DNA of 54,974 nucleotides, counting the filler, from Sphacelaria rigidula (Eukaryota), in assembly GCA_964200075.2 (NCBI GenBank). It is 4 parts of 4 records of this genome, joined end to end, with 100 filler letters (N's around TTAATTAATTAA, not from the genome) between each part and the next. Parts side by side here need not be neighbours in the genome. Positions count along the whole stretch, not along the records: positions 13,772 to 27,440 come from CAXNAA020002733.1; positions 27,541 to 41,207 come from CAXNAA020002734.1; 2 more parts are not named here. One strand, written 5' to 3'. Positions 13,831 through 27,757 of the stretch are shown in pieces. Under the pieces are notes generated by a model, which worked only from the letters and a program-made list of their open reading frames with translations, had not been told where the DNA came from and searched no databases. The position numbers were made by a program, and so were the translations under genes. How positions within the stretch are numbered: the first letter of the stretch is position 1; the number at the start of each line of letters is the position of its first letter.

Positions 13831-14229
13831 GTCAACAGTTTCCCGCCATCGTTGTGGGTGGCATGGTGATGCTGTTCTTTGTCCTGAAGCTCTACTGCGC
13901 TGTATATATCGCTGCACCGTACCGTACCGTATCGTGCCGCGATGTACCGTGGCGATCTGCGTTGAACCGTCTCTGTTATATGTACGTTGGTTGTGAATTA
14001 GCTGTGCCCACGGTGGTGGGTAACTTCCATGTTCATTCTTGCTATCTTGAATTCTGAAGCTGCATTTTATACTCGCCTGCCTCTATAACTTCAGTCAATG
14101 CACTGTCAGGGATGGTCAGTTCACGCTCAAAGGCTCCTTCGACGGGTACTATTTCGCCATTTCATGTGCATTTTCGATGTCACCTCGTTCCCATGGGAGA
14201 ATCTTGTTCGCATTTTCAGGGTCCCGCGT

Positions 14230-14885
14230 TCATGGTCGACGTGATCTTCCAGTCGTTCGTAGCAGAACCAGGCATCGTGTCAGACTTGGTATATCTAGGT
14301 GGTGCGCCAAGATGATGATGAACCTCTCAACGAGACGCCGCTCGAGCGGGAGCGGCACGCATTGGGGAATGCTCAATATATGTGGATGGCGCAGGCATTG
14401 TCTCGTGGTCCCCAAACGGGCTTGTGAGAATTATGGCGGTGACGAAGGTAGTCTGTCAGCAGTTCGGATCGACGGTATCGAAGAGAGAAGGACAGAGTCG
14501 ATGCGCCTGTGATCAGTACCCAGCTCCGTAGAGACCGAAGTACGGATCAAAGCGGCAGGTCAACGGTAAAGGCAGACGATCAAGTTCGTCTGACTTGATG
14601 GTCCGGTCAGCGCGGACGCGAATATCTCCGTGTTCAACCGCCGCAAAACCGCTGCATGGGCGCGTCTCCGAACTTTTACAGTCCTTTCCAACTCCACGGT
14701 TTTCCCATTTTTACGATCGGCCCAACGCCAAGCAACCTCTCGAGATCTGGTTGCTTGAAGTGAAGGTGGTGGAAGCTATGCTATACAGTTGTGCTACATG
14801 GACTCTTCATACCAAGGGCGTCGAGAGTCCGCGCGCTGACCAGAACCAGCTTTCACTACGAGTGTTTGGATTCGCGACCACGTAA
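14230..14885 (+). mobile_element. Degenerate non-LTR (LINE) RT C-terminal fragment
   Basis: Decayed WGML.YVDGAGIVS (YADD region), IKAAGQR..QTIKFV.LDG.VSADA and YDRPNAK..LEIWLLEVKVVEAMLYSCATW, with stops and frameshifts. Confidence 0.75.
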
Positions 14886-15753
14886 GTCAGCAGGTCAACA
14901 GCCTTCCATTCGCGACTACGTCGGTCAGCACGAGCGAGGAGACATCACATCAGGGTCGTCACAGCATCGCCAACTAGAAGATCAGGAAACCAGATATTTT
15001 CAGAAGATCTGCAGATGCGAAAAAAAATCGAACAGCCTCACAGATAAAAATTCAGGAGACCCATCTGTGACTCAGCTCATCTAGAGCACACACATGCTCG
15101 ACGGTACAAAGTTCCTGGAGTGGACGCGCTCTACGGGCGCTATCACTTCTTTAAGTTATCCGGGGATTTCTGATCCCCAACGGGGTTGAATGCTCCACGG
15201 GATGTTTTGAAGTATTTTTTCCCTGAGGTAGATCTGCCACAATCAGCTGCCGGATCGACACCGAGAAAAAGCTCAATCGAGACCCGTTCTAGCCGCCAGC
15301 AGCCGTCCTGTCTATTAGCATATTGCCGACCTGAGTCCTCGTGCATGTGAACTAGGATTGAGTTGGGTACATTCCAGTGAAGGTTGAGTGCGCAATAGAT
15401 TTGGGGGGCGGAGAGATGATGAACCAATCATGGGGGTCGATATTGTGTCAGGACTACATGTACCACACAGAAAGCGGTGTACCCTGCACGTCCGCACTGC
15501 CTCACTTAGTATTTAACCTGTATTCTGCATACTGGGTGCTTGGTGGCAGCTCGTGGGGCTTGCCGTCTACAGTCTACGTTCGGCGAGTCAAGGGTATAAA
15601 CGATGTTTATACGAGAGTTAACACACATTCACCTCTGTCCAGAGCACCTGGTCCAAGAGGCTTCCACTTACGCTAGCGATAAGAGAGCGTCGCAGATAAA
15701 TTTGAGTTGAACTGATTCCAGGCAGAGGGACGTTTGAGAGAGTATTTCACGTA

Positions 15754-15990
15754 TTGAGCATTGAATGCAGACAAGCAGAACAGCAGAATCATGCGTTGAG
15801 CGTTGAGTGCAGACAAGCAGAGCAGCAGAAGCATTTGAGCATTGAGTGCAGACAAGCAGAACAGCAGAAACAATTGAGTATTGAGTGCAGGCAAGCAGAA
15901 CAGCACAGTCACGCGTTGAGCGTTCAGTGCAGACAAGCAAATCAGCAGAAACAAGTGAGCATTGAGTACAGACGAGCAGAAAAAAGAGAA
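15754..15990 (+). repeat. Six 39/42-bp in-frame tandem repeats (LSIECRQAEQQKH/NHA)
   Basis: Unit TTGAGCATTGAGTGCAGACAAGCAGAACAGCAGAA.. repeated six times in ORF 15754-16143. Confidence 0.9.
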
Positions 15991-18219
15991 GACTTGATTA
16001 AAGAATTACTCTTTGAGACAACTGCGATTGAATACAGTCAAGCAATGGTTGCCCTGAAGGAAGGAAGCACTGAAGAGATGCTAGCCGAGACGTTGCGGCT
16101 GATGGAAGTCAAGCAGGCAGAGTTACTAGAAGCCGCGACGTAGAGGGCAGAATGTGATGCGATTGTAGACCACGAGAGAGAGCGAAGTATGCATCATGAG
16201 GGTAGAGCTATACACGACAACCCTGCAAATGAAGGCCCGGGAAGCACCCATCGACCGAGTCACCCCGTACAGTATACACAGCAAAATAGATATCAACCAT
16301 ACATGGATGGGCAGGGAGCCAGCACGAATGTTGTAAAAGTACATTGCCACAACAGTATTTCCCCTTGGCACCGGTTGGTGAAGGCGGGGGAAACTCTCGA
16401 GTCAAAGTTTCGGATGTTCCATGTTCAGATGCGCGCCTATTTTCGGCAAGAAAAGTGTTTCGAATCCCTTTTTTACACAGGTTCCCATTCGGGTGTCCCA
16501 TCAGTCTGGGGAGGAGCTGAGGCGACAACATGGATATGTCGCAGCAGATAAGGCTCGATGAGCTTGGGACATAATCTTCGAAACAATCACAGTACCTCCG
16601 ATAGTGGAGCATCTGGCAATTCTAGGTTCACCTAGCGAAGCATGGGAGTATTTTGTTCAGTACTATAGCGTTCCTCTCACTCCTGAAAAAGCCCACCTCG
16701 AGCAAGAATGGACCAATCTCGAGATGGGGTATGGTAAATCACCTCTAGTGTTTTTCAATGGGGCCAATCTGATCAGACACAAAAGACAACAATACGGTGT
16801 TGTGATTCCAGAGTCTGAACCCAGAAGGCACCTCAAGCGTAGTCTGTCATCGGATTTCGATATTCAAAGGGGGATGTAGCTTGCAATGCCGGATACTTAC
16901 GATAAAAATTGCACACGCCGAATCGGAGTTGTCTAAAAGCAAGTTAGGATCGTCAGAAAACCGTGCCCTTGCCACCACAGTTCATGGTGTTTCCGACAGT
17001 GACGCATCGGTGAGACGACGTGGCAGAGGGGGGGCAAAAGGTAAAGGAACCCAGACGCATGCTGAACCGATCACCACCACCACAACCACCATTCCGATAC
17101 CCGACGACCCGACCATAACCATAGGTACACACCACGTTCGCACAGTTAAAGCCGAGAATGCTACCCTGATCGCAGTGGGTATAACATCTCAAACCAAAAA
17201 CCCGCTACTCCTTCTTCCCCACGCCGGAATCGCGGTCCACCTCATCAATCCTATGCCCCGGAATACCACTCAATCCCTTCATCACCACAACGTCGAAACC
17301 GAAACTCTTCCTAGTCCTCCTCCAATTTCTCAACATTCGATTCACGCCCCCGCGATGAAATCTATGGGAGTTTTGATTCCCATGCACGAGGTTACGCGCG
17401 AAGGAATGTCGATTGCCGACAAGGCCATCGGGATTTCAGATGCCCAGAACAGCGTGTCTCACATCACGAGCGAATCACCCGCCCCGTGATTACCCCTTCA
17501 GCAACTCTCGCCCACATGCAAACTTTGTACAACGTAATGGGGACTCCGCCACTGCCGATGACTTCGGCTCACAAGATAGGGATGATTTGGACGGTATTGG
17601 TTATGCTCACTGCGGGCAAAGCCAGCCACCGACATGCCCGAGGTCTCGGACGTCCCCAACTCATCAACCACATCAATCCTTGCCCCAACACCACCCACAC
17701 TAGCCGAATGCCCGCTACACATCAACCTACCTTCACCACCATCCACAACATCCTCCTCAATTCACCTTCTAACCTCCTCAACCAGCACACTCTTATTACC
17801 CGCACTATCCCGTTCCGTACCATACACCAACGTAACCATCTCCAGCACCAGCACCATATGTCCATGACACCCGTCGACAGCATCATCACCCTGCAGCCTA
17901 TTCCCACGACCCATATGAACAGCATCATCAGCTTGCAGCCCCCCCCCCCCCCCCCCCCCCCCCCTTCCCTCCCGCCTCTCCTTTCCCCTCCCCCCCCTCC
18001 CCCCCCGTCCTCNNNNNNNNNNCCCCCCCGACACCACCATCCCCCCCCCCCCCCTCCCCCCCCCCCCCATGAACCGCCCCCCCCCCCTTCCCCCCCCCCC
18101 CCCCCCCCGCCAGTTCATCTCCACCTGTCGATGCGTCTACGTCGCAGCACCCACAACGGTTTGCCGCCCCCTTTTGGCCATGCTCCGATTGCAGCACCAG
18201 CTATGAGCGATTCTACTAG

Positions 18220-18620
18220 TTCTTCTGTCGGCGCATCCCCCGCGCCGACCGGTGAAATACAGTCACGCGCCTCTACTGAGACTTTGTCTTCCCGTTCTTC
18301 TGTCGGCGCACACCCCGCGCCGACCGGTGCAGTACAGTCGCGTGCCCCCACTGAGACTTCGTTTTCTAGTTCTTCTGTCGGCGCATCCCACGCGCCGACC
18401 GGTGCAGTACAGTCGTGTGCCCCACTGAGACTTTGTCTTCGCGTTCTTCTGTAGGCGCATCCCCCACACTGACCGGTGCAATGCAGTAGCGTGCCTCTAT
18501 GAGACTTTGTCTTCGCGTTCTTCTGTCGGCGTATCCCCCGCGCCGACCGGTGCAGTACGGTCATACGCACCCACTGAGACTTTGTCTTCGCGTTCTTCTG
18601 TCGGCGCATCCCTCTCGCCG
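18220..18620 (+). repeat. ~75-bp tandem repeat, ~5.5 copies (SSVGASPAPTGAVQSRAPTETLSSR)
   Basis: Unit TCTTCTGTCGGCGCATCCCCCGCGCCGACCGGTGCAGTACAGTCGCGTGCCCCCACTGAGACTTTGTCTTCGCGT inside the Copia. Confidence 0.9.
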
Positions 18621-21600
18621 ACTATAGTAATCAATCCCTCTGCACCTACAGCGGCTTCTGCTCAAAATTCAGAGTGTCCACCCAGGAGTGCTTCAATTTC
18701 GGGCAGCAATAGCAACATCAGTAGGGTTCCCACAGGATTGATGCCATTTCCAGGTTTGCATTCACCTGACCTAAGCACTTTTCCCGATTTATCGTCAGAT
18801 GAGCACGTAGCCCCCCGGCGTTTCCCCCCTAAGTTCTAAGCATTCAGGAATTGACAGAGGGGGAGATTTGGAATTTGGCACTTGGAGTCCTTGCCCCCGG
18901 ACGTCGATCATCATGTGTCGGAGAACCCCAACGAACAGTGGGCATTGAGCACTTCCATGTCTCCCTTTCCCACGCTCACGAGACCGTTCTCCGAGCAACT
19001 GCTACCTAACAGGGCATAACCCTGACAAGACAGTTGGCGCCCTGTACAGGATGTGTGGAGGCAAAAGGGCGACGTGAAGCGATTCCTCGACTAAAGTGAT
19101 CATACGGCTACGGTCCTCGGCATCGTACAGCTGGACCTTACGGGACTTGATGTGCGGACTTTGGGCGGTTCACTATGCATGCTCGCCTGCGGAGGGATGC
19201 TACGGTAGGGATGCACGAACATTTTCTGAGACTAGAATTGTTAGGAGCCCTTTATCTCATCCAAAACACGTGGTAAAAATGAATATGTGAGAGTACGCCA
19301 GCATTACTATTCCATGTGCTACGGATAACCCGAATGAATTTGCTAACGGGGATGTCCTGACCCATATACTTGTGCATCAAGGAATATTAGGAGCCCCTGA
19401 ACCAGACAAGATTTTGCACAAAAAGTGCACCCCTACCGTAGCATTGATCTGCGTGGATAGTAAGTCGCGCTTCATTATGCTGTACGGAATGGCGAGGAAG
19501 GCACCTGGCGAAGGGTGAAGCGCTACATCTCCGCCGTTAATCAAATCGACATTCCCCGGTGCTTCCGTATCGACAACGGCGGTGAATTTCGCTCGGAAGG
19601 TGTCATCGACTTCCGTGACAATGAACGGATTCGCCGCGAGTATACCGCGCCCGATACGCCGAAGCAGAACGCTGTAGCTGAGAGCGCAATGTGGGGCGTG
19701 ATGAAGGCTGGCCACGCTTCGCGTTGTGAAGCTTCGCGTCTCTTCCCCGCTGAAGACTACACTGCCATCCTCACCTTGGGTGGCACCTCGGACCGGCTTT
19801 GGTTGGAGTCCGCGGTGTGGGCCGCTGATGCTTTCAACCACTCCGCGACGATGGCCAACCCTCAAAAAGTACCGGCCTACCAGATCTTCACCAACCATGC
19901 CTGCCGTCTCCAGATTGTTCCCTTTCTTCGACCAGGGATGGTGAGGGTACACCGCCGCTCGAAGATGGACCCGCAAGCTATCACCTGTTACTACCTCACT
20001 AACGGTAGCAACCACTCCTCTTCAACGGAGAAAGTTATCAACCGCTCCAGCCACTATCGCCGCTCGACGGAAGGGGGGGGGAAGACAACGCTTCCGGTCA
20101 CATCGACGCTTCCGATTCCACCGACGCCACCGACAACCCGCCGCCGCCGCCATCAAACCCCACTGTTCATCCGCCTGTTCACCGTACCGACGCTCAGTCG
20201 CCATCATACGCCACTGTCTCGCCGCCGCGACCACATCAAGCTGTCCCGCCGCCGCCACGCCATACGGTCCTGCCGCCGCCGCCAAGCCCCACAGTTCACG
20301 CGCCGCCGTTTCACCATACTCGCCGTGCAGCCACCATCGTACCCTACTGTCTCACCGCCGCGACCACATTATACTGCCTCACCGCCGCGATAACATCACA
20401 CTGTCTCGCCTCCACGACCACACCATACCGCCACGCCGCCGTGTCACCATACCGCCGCGTCGCCACCATCATACTCTACTGTCTCGCCACCGTCATCACA
20501 TCATACTCTTCCGCTGCCGCTACGCCGTACCACCGTGCCGCCGCCATCATTTCCATTCACCGCTGCGCCACGTCATCTACATCTACCTTCCACCACACCG
20601 TCGACACTGTCATCAGTCGCCGCTCAAGATCGACAATACCAGTGGGCCATACTATCCACTTCACCACCCTCACAACCGACTTCACTGTTCCAGCATCCGA
20701 CTTCATCCCCGGTAGTCAACAGTTCTTTACCACCATCAACCGTTTCAGAAGCCTTATCATCAGCAACCCATCATCGACAGGACCGTTCTCTACCACAGCT
20801 ACTGATGGAGTTACCCAGGAACTGGACCTGAGTAATGATTCTCGGCAGCCGGGGAGGACGCGATCGAGGCCGGCTCAGCACAAAGCCGAGAATGAAGGGG
20901 GCGACAATATCGCTCTAGTTCATCATGAAAGGGACCGTTTTGCTCAACTCGACAAGCCATGCCTATTATTCGCCCATCTCACGCGGTCCGCTATAGACGC
21001 CGGGAGAAAGCGGCAGGATGATGGGGCAGGGGGGCGCAACGGCATACAACTTCGGGATTGCGATGGTGTTGGCGACGCGGGAGAATATGAAGATAGTCAT
21101 GGAGAAGCACCATCCGCCACGCAAACTGCCCAAACTTTCTCATCACCCAGTGAAGGAGCTGAAGACCCCAAGGACTTACGCTGAAGCCACACGTGAGCAA
21201 TGCTACGATAGGGATGCACCTTTTGCGCAAACTCTTGTCTGGTTCAGGGGCTCCTAACGACTCTAGATACTCGAGAACATGGATCAGGGCATCCCCGTGT
21301 GCAATTTCATTCGGAATATCCTCAGCACATTGGAATAGTATTCCTGGCGCACGCTTACATATCTCATGAGTCGTGTTGTAGATTAGATAAAGGGCGCGTA
21401 ACAATTCTAAGCTCAGAAAATATTTGTGCACCCCTACCGCAGCATCACTCACGTCTGGAGCAGAAAGGAGTGTGGGTGGACTCTATGGCGCGGGATTTCA
21501 AGGCCTCAAGGAAGCAGGGACTCTAGATGCGGCAGAATAGCAATTAGTAGATTGTTTCATTCACGCAAAGTGGGGTTTACAACTGGAAGGCTGACGAGTT

Positions 21601-22811
21601 TGGGTGGCCAACGAAAGGAAAAACGAGACTTATCGCAAGGGGGGAAATGCAACAGGCAGACATTGACTTTGGTGAATTGTATGCATCTACCGTAGCGGCT
21701 TCGAGTGTACGTTTGCTGACAACTCTTGCCTGTGAGCAGAATCTTTCATTACGCCACTTTGATATCGAGCAAGCTTTTGTGCAGTCAGTAGTGGAAGAAG
21801 ACGTATATATGCGATTGCTTCCTGGTTGTGGTGATTTATGTGGTAAGATAGTGTGAGACTTGTTAGATCGCTCTATGGACTCCGGCAGGCTTCCAGACGA
21901 TGGCACCATCACCTGGCAGGATGCATGAAAAGTCTAGATTTTGATCCGACTTTGGCAGATCCATGTATGCTCTGACTGATGGAGAACAACAAAGTAGTGA
22001 CCACAATGGTGGTACATATAGACGATATCTTTGCTGTAGGGGATGAGGAAAGGTGTGATGGATCTGGCAAGCAACTGAACACAACGGTTCCAGTCAAGGA
22101 TTCAGGAGAAGTGCGGTGGTATTCTGGACTGTATTACGGGAGACTTTTGGAGAGAGGGACACTTACTATTTCAGAACAGACTTTTGCAGAGGAGTTGGTA
22201 GAGGAGTACCATACATCATGGGGGAATAAAACACCGATGAATGCCAGTGTGAAGCTCGAGGATTTCAGTGACAATGAGCAGGTCACGACATTTCCATTCA
22301 GGGAATTGGTGGGGTCGTTGATGTGGCTGGCAAATCAGACAAGACCGGACATTTGCAACGCAGTGAGAGCGGTTGCGAGATATTGCGCGTCCCCAAGATT
22401 GATTCACTTGCGTACTGCTCTTGGTAGACTGAGGTATGTTAGGCGAACTAGTACATTAAGTATTACTTTTCGGAGAGGCAGTTTACCGAGCGTTAGTTTC
22501 CACGCATATGCTGATGCACACTACACGAGTAAGGCAGCCGACAGATGATCAGTGTCGGGGGAACTGGTGATGTGCGGGGGTGGATGCGTCTCATGGTCCT
22601 CAAGGACCCCAAGTTGTGTGATGCTGTCAACATCACAAGCAAAGTACGTCGCTGTGACTAAAATAGTGAAGGAGTTGCTTTTTCCGAGACAGGTGTGGGA
22701 ATTCATTCTGCCTGAAGTTGGACAATCGTGCATTCCTGTGTTCGGGGACAATCAGGGTAACATTCAGCTGGCACAGAACCCCATTACGAACACCAACTCC
22801 AAACACATTGA

Positions 22812-23720
22812 TGCAATATATACATCTCCGGGCCGCGCTCTACCGAGCGTTCCACCGCCGCATCCCGCTCCTCGGTCACCTGTCCTCCAGCCTCCTGAAA
22901 AACACCCACCGACAAGCTCACGCGACGACTGCCCAAAACGACGGGCGTCTTCAAGCGCGGACCAGGCGGAGACATCCGCGTCTTCATGGAGCCCCACAAC
23001 CGCCGAGCGTCGACTCCAATATCCTGAAGCGTCGGTAATCCCATGAGAATAACGCTATCCGACCCCGGCATGATCGCACACGAGATGGGAGGCAACTGCG
23101 CCGGCCCCCAGGAAGTCGTGAAAGTCAGCTTCAGCAGAACAGTACGCTCTGTGACGTAAACATGCTGACACGACGCCGTGACGGCCTGCCGCGCCCCGAG
23201 CGAAAACGGAATGCGCAGCGGCACACTCGGGAGAAGACGCTCCAACATCTCTACAATTTGCACCGACAGACTCACATGACCCGTCAAGTGGGCGCCAGAA
23301 TCCCACTTAGCCTAAACCGCAATGGCTCCACGCTCCCCTTAATTTGGAAGGCACAGTTCCGCAGGGACATTCAGTTCCGCAAACTCCACTGGCAATTTAT
23401 TCGCCCACCGGTGCGCTGCTAATCCCACTTAACGCAACGACTGCGCAAGCTGCACAGGCGTAGACGCCCCGGCAGGTTCAAACGGCACCGCCGGCGGGTA
23501 TGACCCCCAGCCAGCAGACCAAACATTTGGCGAACCTCCGACCGGCGCATCAGCAGGCGTCGCGCCTGGCGCTGCTGCCGATGTCGCCGTCGGCGCCACC
23601 ACCGGCGCCGGCGCAGTGTTTGACACTGTAGAAGTCGACCCCACCTGCACCGCCCGTTGCGGAGCAGCAGCACCTACAGGACGCCGGACCCAGAACCAGA
23701 CCCATGCTGACGCCGCTGCC

Positions 23721-23754
<34 letters not shown>

Positions 23755-24396
23755 AGAACTCGACTGCGGCCCTCCACCGTCGGAGGATCCGCCGCCGCCA
23801 CCCCGATTACCTCGTGTCTTGCCCTTGTGCTGACGATACTGATGGCGCGCGGCATGAGACTGCCCAGACTCTCCACCGGAAGACGTTTGGCAATCGCGCG
23901 CGTAATGGCCGAGCTGGCCACAACAGTGGCAAGTGCCCGCCGCATGCCCAGTATGCTTTTTGATCGCCGCAACCAATTCCGGCAGGGTGATTGTGCTCTT
24001 TTCATTCTCCAAACGAGCAAAAACTCTCTGCACTTGAGTTGGCACTTCTTGAGCCATTGGCACCACCTGATGCCGCACAGCAACCCCTGCGTTAGTCTGC
24101 TCCACACGCCTCTTGTACTTAGAGTACTTCGTAATAAAAGTGCGAGATACACTCTCTGAGTACCTATCCCCATATTGGGGAGGTCGCAACTCTTCCCGCA
24201 TAACCACGGGTGTCGCCATAGCTGTAAGCGACTATCTGCGAACCTTTTGCAGGCCAGCGAACCTTCGCGAATTGCACTTTCCTTGCTTCGTCGCCGCACC
24301 ACCCAATCGTAGGAGCCTTCAAGATCCCGCTGCACGCAGCTTCAGCAAGTCTCCAGCCTGGATCAATCATAGGTCAGCCGCCTTTCTGCAGCGGCC
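22812..24396 (-). mobile_element. Ty3/Gypsy-like gag-protease remnant
   Basis: gag 23674-24219 with CCHC knuckle CHCCGQLGHYARDC. Protease C-terminal region TSWGPAQL..AIMPGSDSVILMGLPTLQDIG is homologous to the elements at 24877 and 41308. Confidence 0.8.
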
Positions 24397-27323
24397 TGTA
24401 GAGTAGTCCACCTCTAGTTCACGTATAGATGCATGAGGAGCTGCAGGTTGATGCATGGAGGTTTGGATATGAGGTTTGCATTATGATATTAGGTCATGAG
24501 ATATTCTCTGGAGTATGACTATGACTGCTTGACAGTAAACGTGTTCAAGGAGGTGCAAGGTTACTTCCGATAACAAACATTGTGTGTTTGTGAACATCAT
24601 CTGTCTTGAAGTCTTCATGCTCTAGTGAGGGAGAAAGCCCTTGGAGCAGTCTTTTGACCTTGTTCTGAGTCCAGGAGGGGTCTATTATAAACGTTTATTC
24701 AGGGAACCCGCTGATTTTTGGCAAAGGTTTTTCTCAGCTGCGGACAGTCTCTACAAAAATATCTTTGTATTGTACACAGACAGGTGTTCAGTCTGTAACG
24801 CGAGGCAGCTCGTTACAACTCGTTGAACGGAGGGACCGCTACGTTGGCTGGAAGCATTGCGAGCAGCTAAGGAAGGATGGCAGCGCGCAGGGAAGGTGGT
24901 GGGAGCGATGCAGGCGATGAGGTGACGTTTAAATTTACTGAGCTTATGCCAGGTAGATTACAAAAAGCACCGGAGTACGGATGGCACGTTATTGAAGATG
25001 CCTCCAGACGTTTTTTTCAAACGCATAAGGATTACGAAGAGACTGTAAAATTGAACAACGAGGGGCGTACAGTACAGGCTGCTCTATTGACGGTGACAGA
25101 ACTCGTGCCTGAGCACATTCGCGCGTGTTTTGTCACGTACAATATTTGACGGATCGATACTCGATTATGAACATCTGAAGGAGGCACTAGGCCGACATGC
25201 AAAATCTTGGATTGATACAGAAATTGATCCTTCAGTTGCTGCAGCGGGTGTGCGGAAGGCGTTGGCCGCTCGCAACGAGCCGACTGCCATGGATAAACTC
25301 GAGGGACAGTGGGGTGCCCTCGAGGAATTTTTTGCCGATAATGCGAGCATCGAGCGCGCGTTCCGCGAGGACGAGAGGTTTAAAGCAGGACCCGCTCAAA
25401 TAATTACGCGGAAATTGCTCGCTGGCATGTCCCCCCCCTGAATTCAAGACAAAAGTGCTCAACATACTGCACATGAAGGGGGGGTGGAAAGAGGACCCTG
25501 GGGTCGTATATGATACGGCTTGGGAAGCAGCAGAGGTATGGAAGACGGTGGAAGCGGCTGATAAACAGCGCAGTCACCAGCCCAGCTGAAACAGAAGGGC
25601 GGCAGTGGGACTTCCGGGTCCAAGCGCGAACCGAATGGTGGAAAAGGGGCGACCACTGGCAGTGAGACTGCAAGTTCCGGGAAATGTCGCAAACCGGGCC
25701 CAAGCTATGCAGGTTGTTTCTCATGTGGAGACAAGCGCCACTTCGTGAAGAATTGTAAGCAGCAAAGCCAAGCTGCTGCTCCACAACATACTGCAGGTAG
25801 GCAGTCGAAGGCCGGCAACACGCAGCAACAATAGCAGCAGCTGTCGCAGGGCCCTGGACAGGTGCCTCGAGGAGGAGGCAAGAGTCCCGCCGCTACAAGC
25901 GCTGTATTTTCAACCGACGGAGGGGGTGCTCCCAGCAGCAGTGGAGCGATTCTGCCGCCAGAACCGGTCATTTCTGCTGGTGGCGTACAGCAGACCGTAT
26001 CGGGGGGGAAAGGGAAACAGTCCCGCACTGGATGTTGTCGTGGAAATCGCTTAAACCAGGTGAGGTATCAGGTTTTCAATTTGAGGATGTACGCGTAGAA
26101 AAGAGGAACGATGGTGTTTCGCCGACATATCTGTACCGAGTGCAGGGGCACAGAGTGTTTGTCAGGTCAAGGCCATTTTAGGCTCGGGATCTGGAATTAC
26201 GACCATGTCTGTGGGTGTAGCGGCGAAATTGCGGTCTACGGTTCCAGATGTTCGAGTGGTTACACCGATGGTTGGTGGACAGCTGGTGAAACTGGCTGGC
26301 GGCAATATTGAGCGCGTGAAGTAGAAAACTTGCCCTGTCCGAACCGCTTTACACACCAGCTGGGGACCGGTTGTGCTAGACCCATGCTAATATGCGGTCA
26401 TGCCGGGTACAGATGACGTGGTAGCCATGGGGAGCCCTACGCTACAGGAGCTGGGCATTGACGTGTACAGTAGTTTAGGTGTTTGTGCACGTGCAAGAAA
26501 CACTTCGGTGCAAGGTGCAAATACGCCTGATTCTACGGGCTGTCGGCGTGTCAGTATCGCGATTGATGCTTTACAGCAACCAGGAGGTCGGGCAGAGCCC
26601 GTTAATTCTTCAGTCGAGAGGTTGTTGTCGAGAAGTCCGGCGATAAGCATATCCCCGGAACAAGAGCTTACTGAGCTTGATGTTGCGCCGGAGGAGGCGG
26701 TACAAGCTGCCGCGGATAACGGCATATATATCGGAGAGCGACGTGAGCCAGGTTCGTGAGCCTGTACGAAACAGAGCAAGAATGTTTCGGTGAGTACTGC
26801 ATGGTTATCCGCCCGCTCGCGTCGAGCCCTTGAAGGTGAAATCCAAACCTGTTGTTGTGGAGGCAAAGGCTCGGCCGAAGGCGTACTTTCCGGTCAGATG
26901 GCGCGGTTGGCACGCTGCATCGTGACATTGGTGGCGCTCGGGCTCGTGTACTGCAGTTTGCAGGTAGTGTGGGGAAGAGCGGCAATTGCAACGCCCAAGA
27001 CGTTCTGTCTTCGCTGGATGGGGGCTTACAAGGCAGGGGAGCATGTCCCCCGTCCCCGCAAGGAGATGGTGCATGGTACTCACCCAGGGGAGGTGTTCCG
27101 TTTCAATATTCCCAGTGTTGGCGAGAGTGGTTCGCTGGGAGATAATGGATTGGACGAAGGAGATCGGTTCAAGTACATATTGGTAAGGATGGATGACCTG
27201 AGCGACTTCGTGCGGTTAGAGCCCGCGGAGTCTTTTACGGCGGCGACGACGGTGGAGCATCTGTTGACATGGTTCAACGCGCTGGGGCCGCAGGAGGGAT
27301 GGGTCAGCGATACGGCATCACAA
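24397..27323 (+). mobile_element. Ty3/Gypsy-like element: 5' LTR (~24397-24817), gag, PR, then deletion joining early pol to integrase
   Basis: LTR starts TGTAGAGTAGTCCACCTC, shared with 43451(-). gag from 24877 has stops and a CFSCGDKRHFVKNC knuckle. PR region at ~26150-26500. Integrase YILVRMDDLSDFVRLEP...WVSDTASQ at 27060-27323. Confidence 0.85.
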
Positions 27324-27440
27324 TAGACTAATGCCGAGATAGCTCCCGCACAAAATGTGCACCGGAGACCGTCCGACAAATCGGCTGCGATCCCACTATT
27401 GGGCTCATTTTCAGTAATTTCGCCCACATGAGAGGCGTGT

Positions 27441-27540
27441 NNNNNNNNNNNNNNNNNNNNNNNNNNNNNNNNNNNNNNNNNNNNTTAATTAATTAANNNN
27501 NNNNNNNNNNNNNNNNNNNNNNNNNNNNNNNNNNNNNNNN
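27441..27540. other. Artificial contig linker
   Basis: N44-TTAATTAATTAA-N44. Confidence 0.98.
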
Positions 27541-27757
27541 AAAGCCACTCTCAATCGTATCATCTACTCTCCATCTCACGAAAACACTGTTCACCCTGGA
27601 CTGCCAAAAACAATAGATGACAAATAACGGTACATTCCTGGCAGTGCATTTACAGTGATTTTCGGGCACCGACTCCGTGCTAGGGATATCTTCTGGCGGC
27701 TAGAACTCAAAAAGATTTGAAAGGCATGTGAAGCCAATTACCTATTCTCCATTCAAC

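Larger units (their letters stand above)
15754..22811 (+). mobile_element. Degenerate Ty1/Copia element (gag, INT, RT, RNase H), truncated at KHID
   Basis: gag-like SPSEAWEYFVQYY...LKRSLSSDFD (16604-16879); integrase FRIDNGGEF...YTAPDTPKQNAVAE (19515-20040); RT HFDIEQAFVQS, VHIDDI, FRELVGSLMWLANQTRPDI (21647-22548); RNase H STSQAKYVA...GDNQG...KHID (22552-22811). Confidence 0.92.

Noticed and set aside
24543-24828. Tf1-like self-priming match (GTTCAAGGAG versus CTCGTTGAAC)
   Set aside because: Not conserved in the second copy; better explained by a small local duplication.
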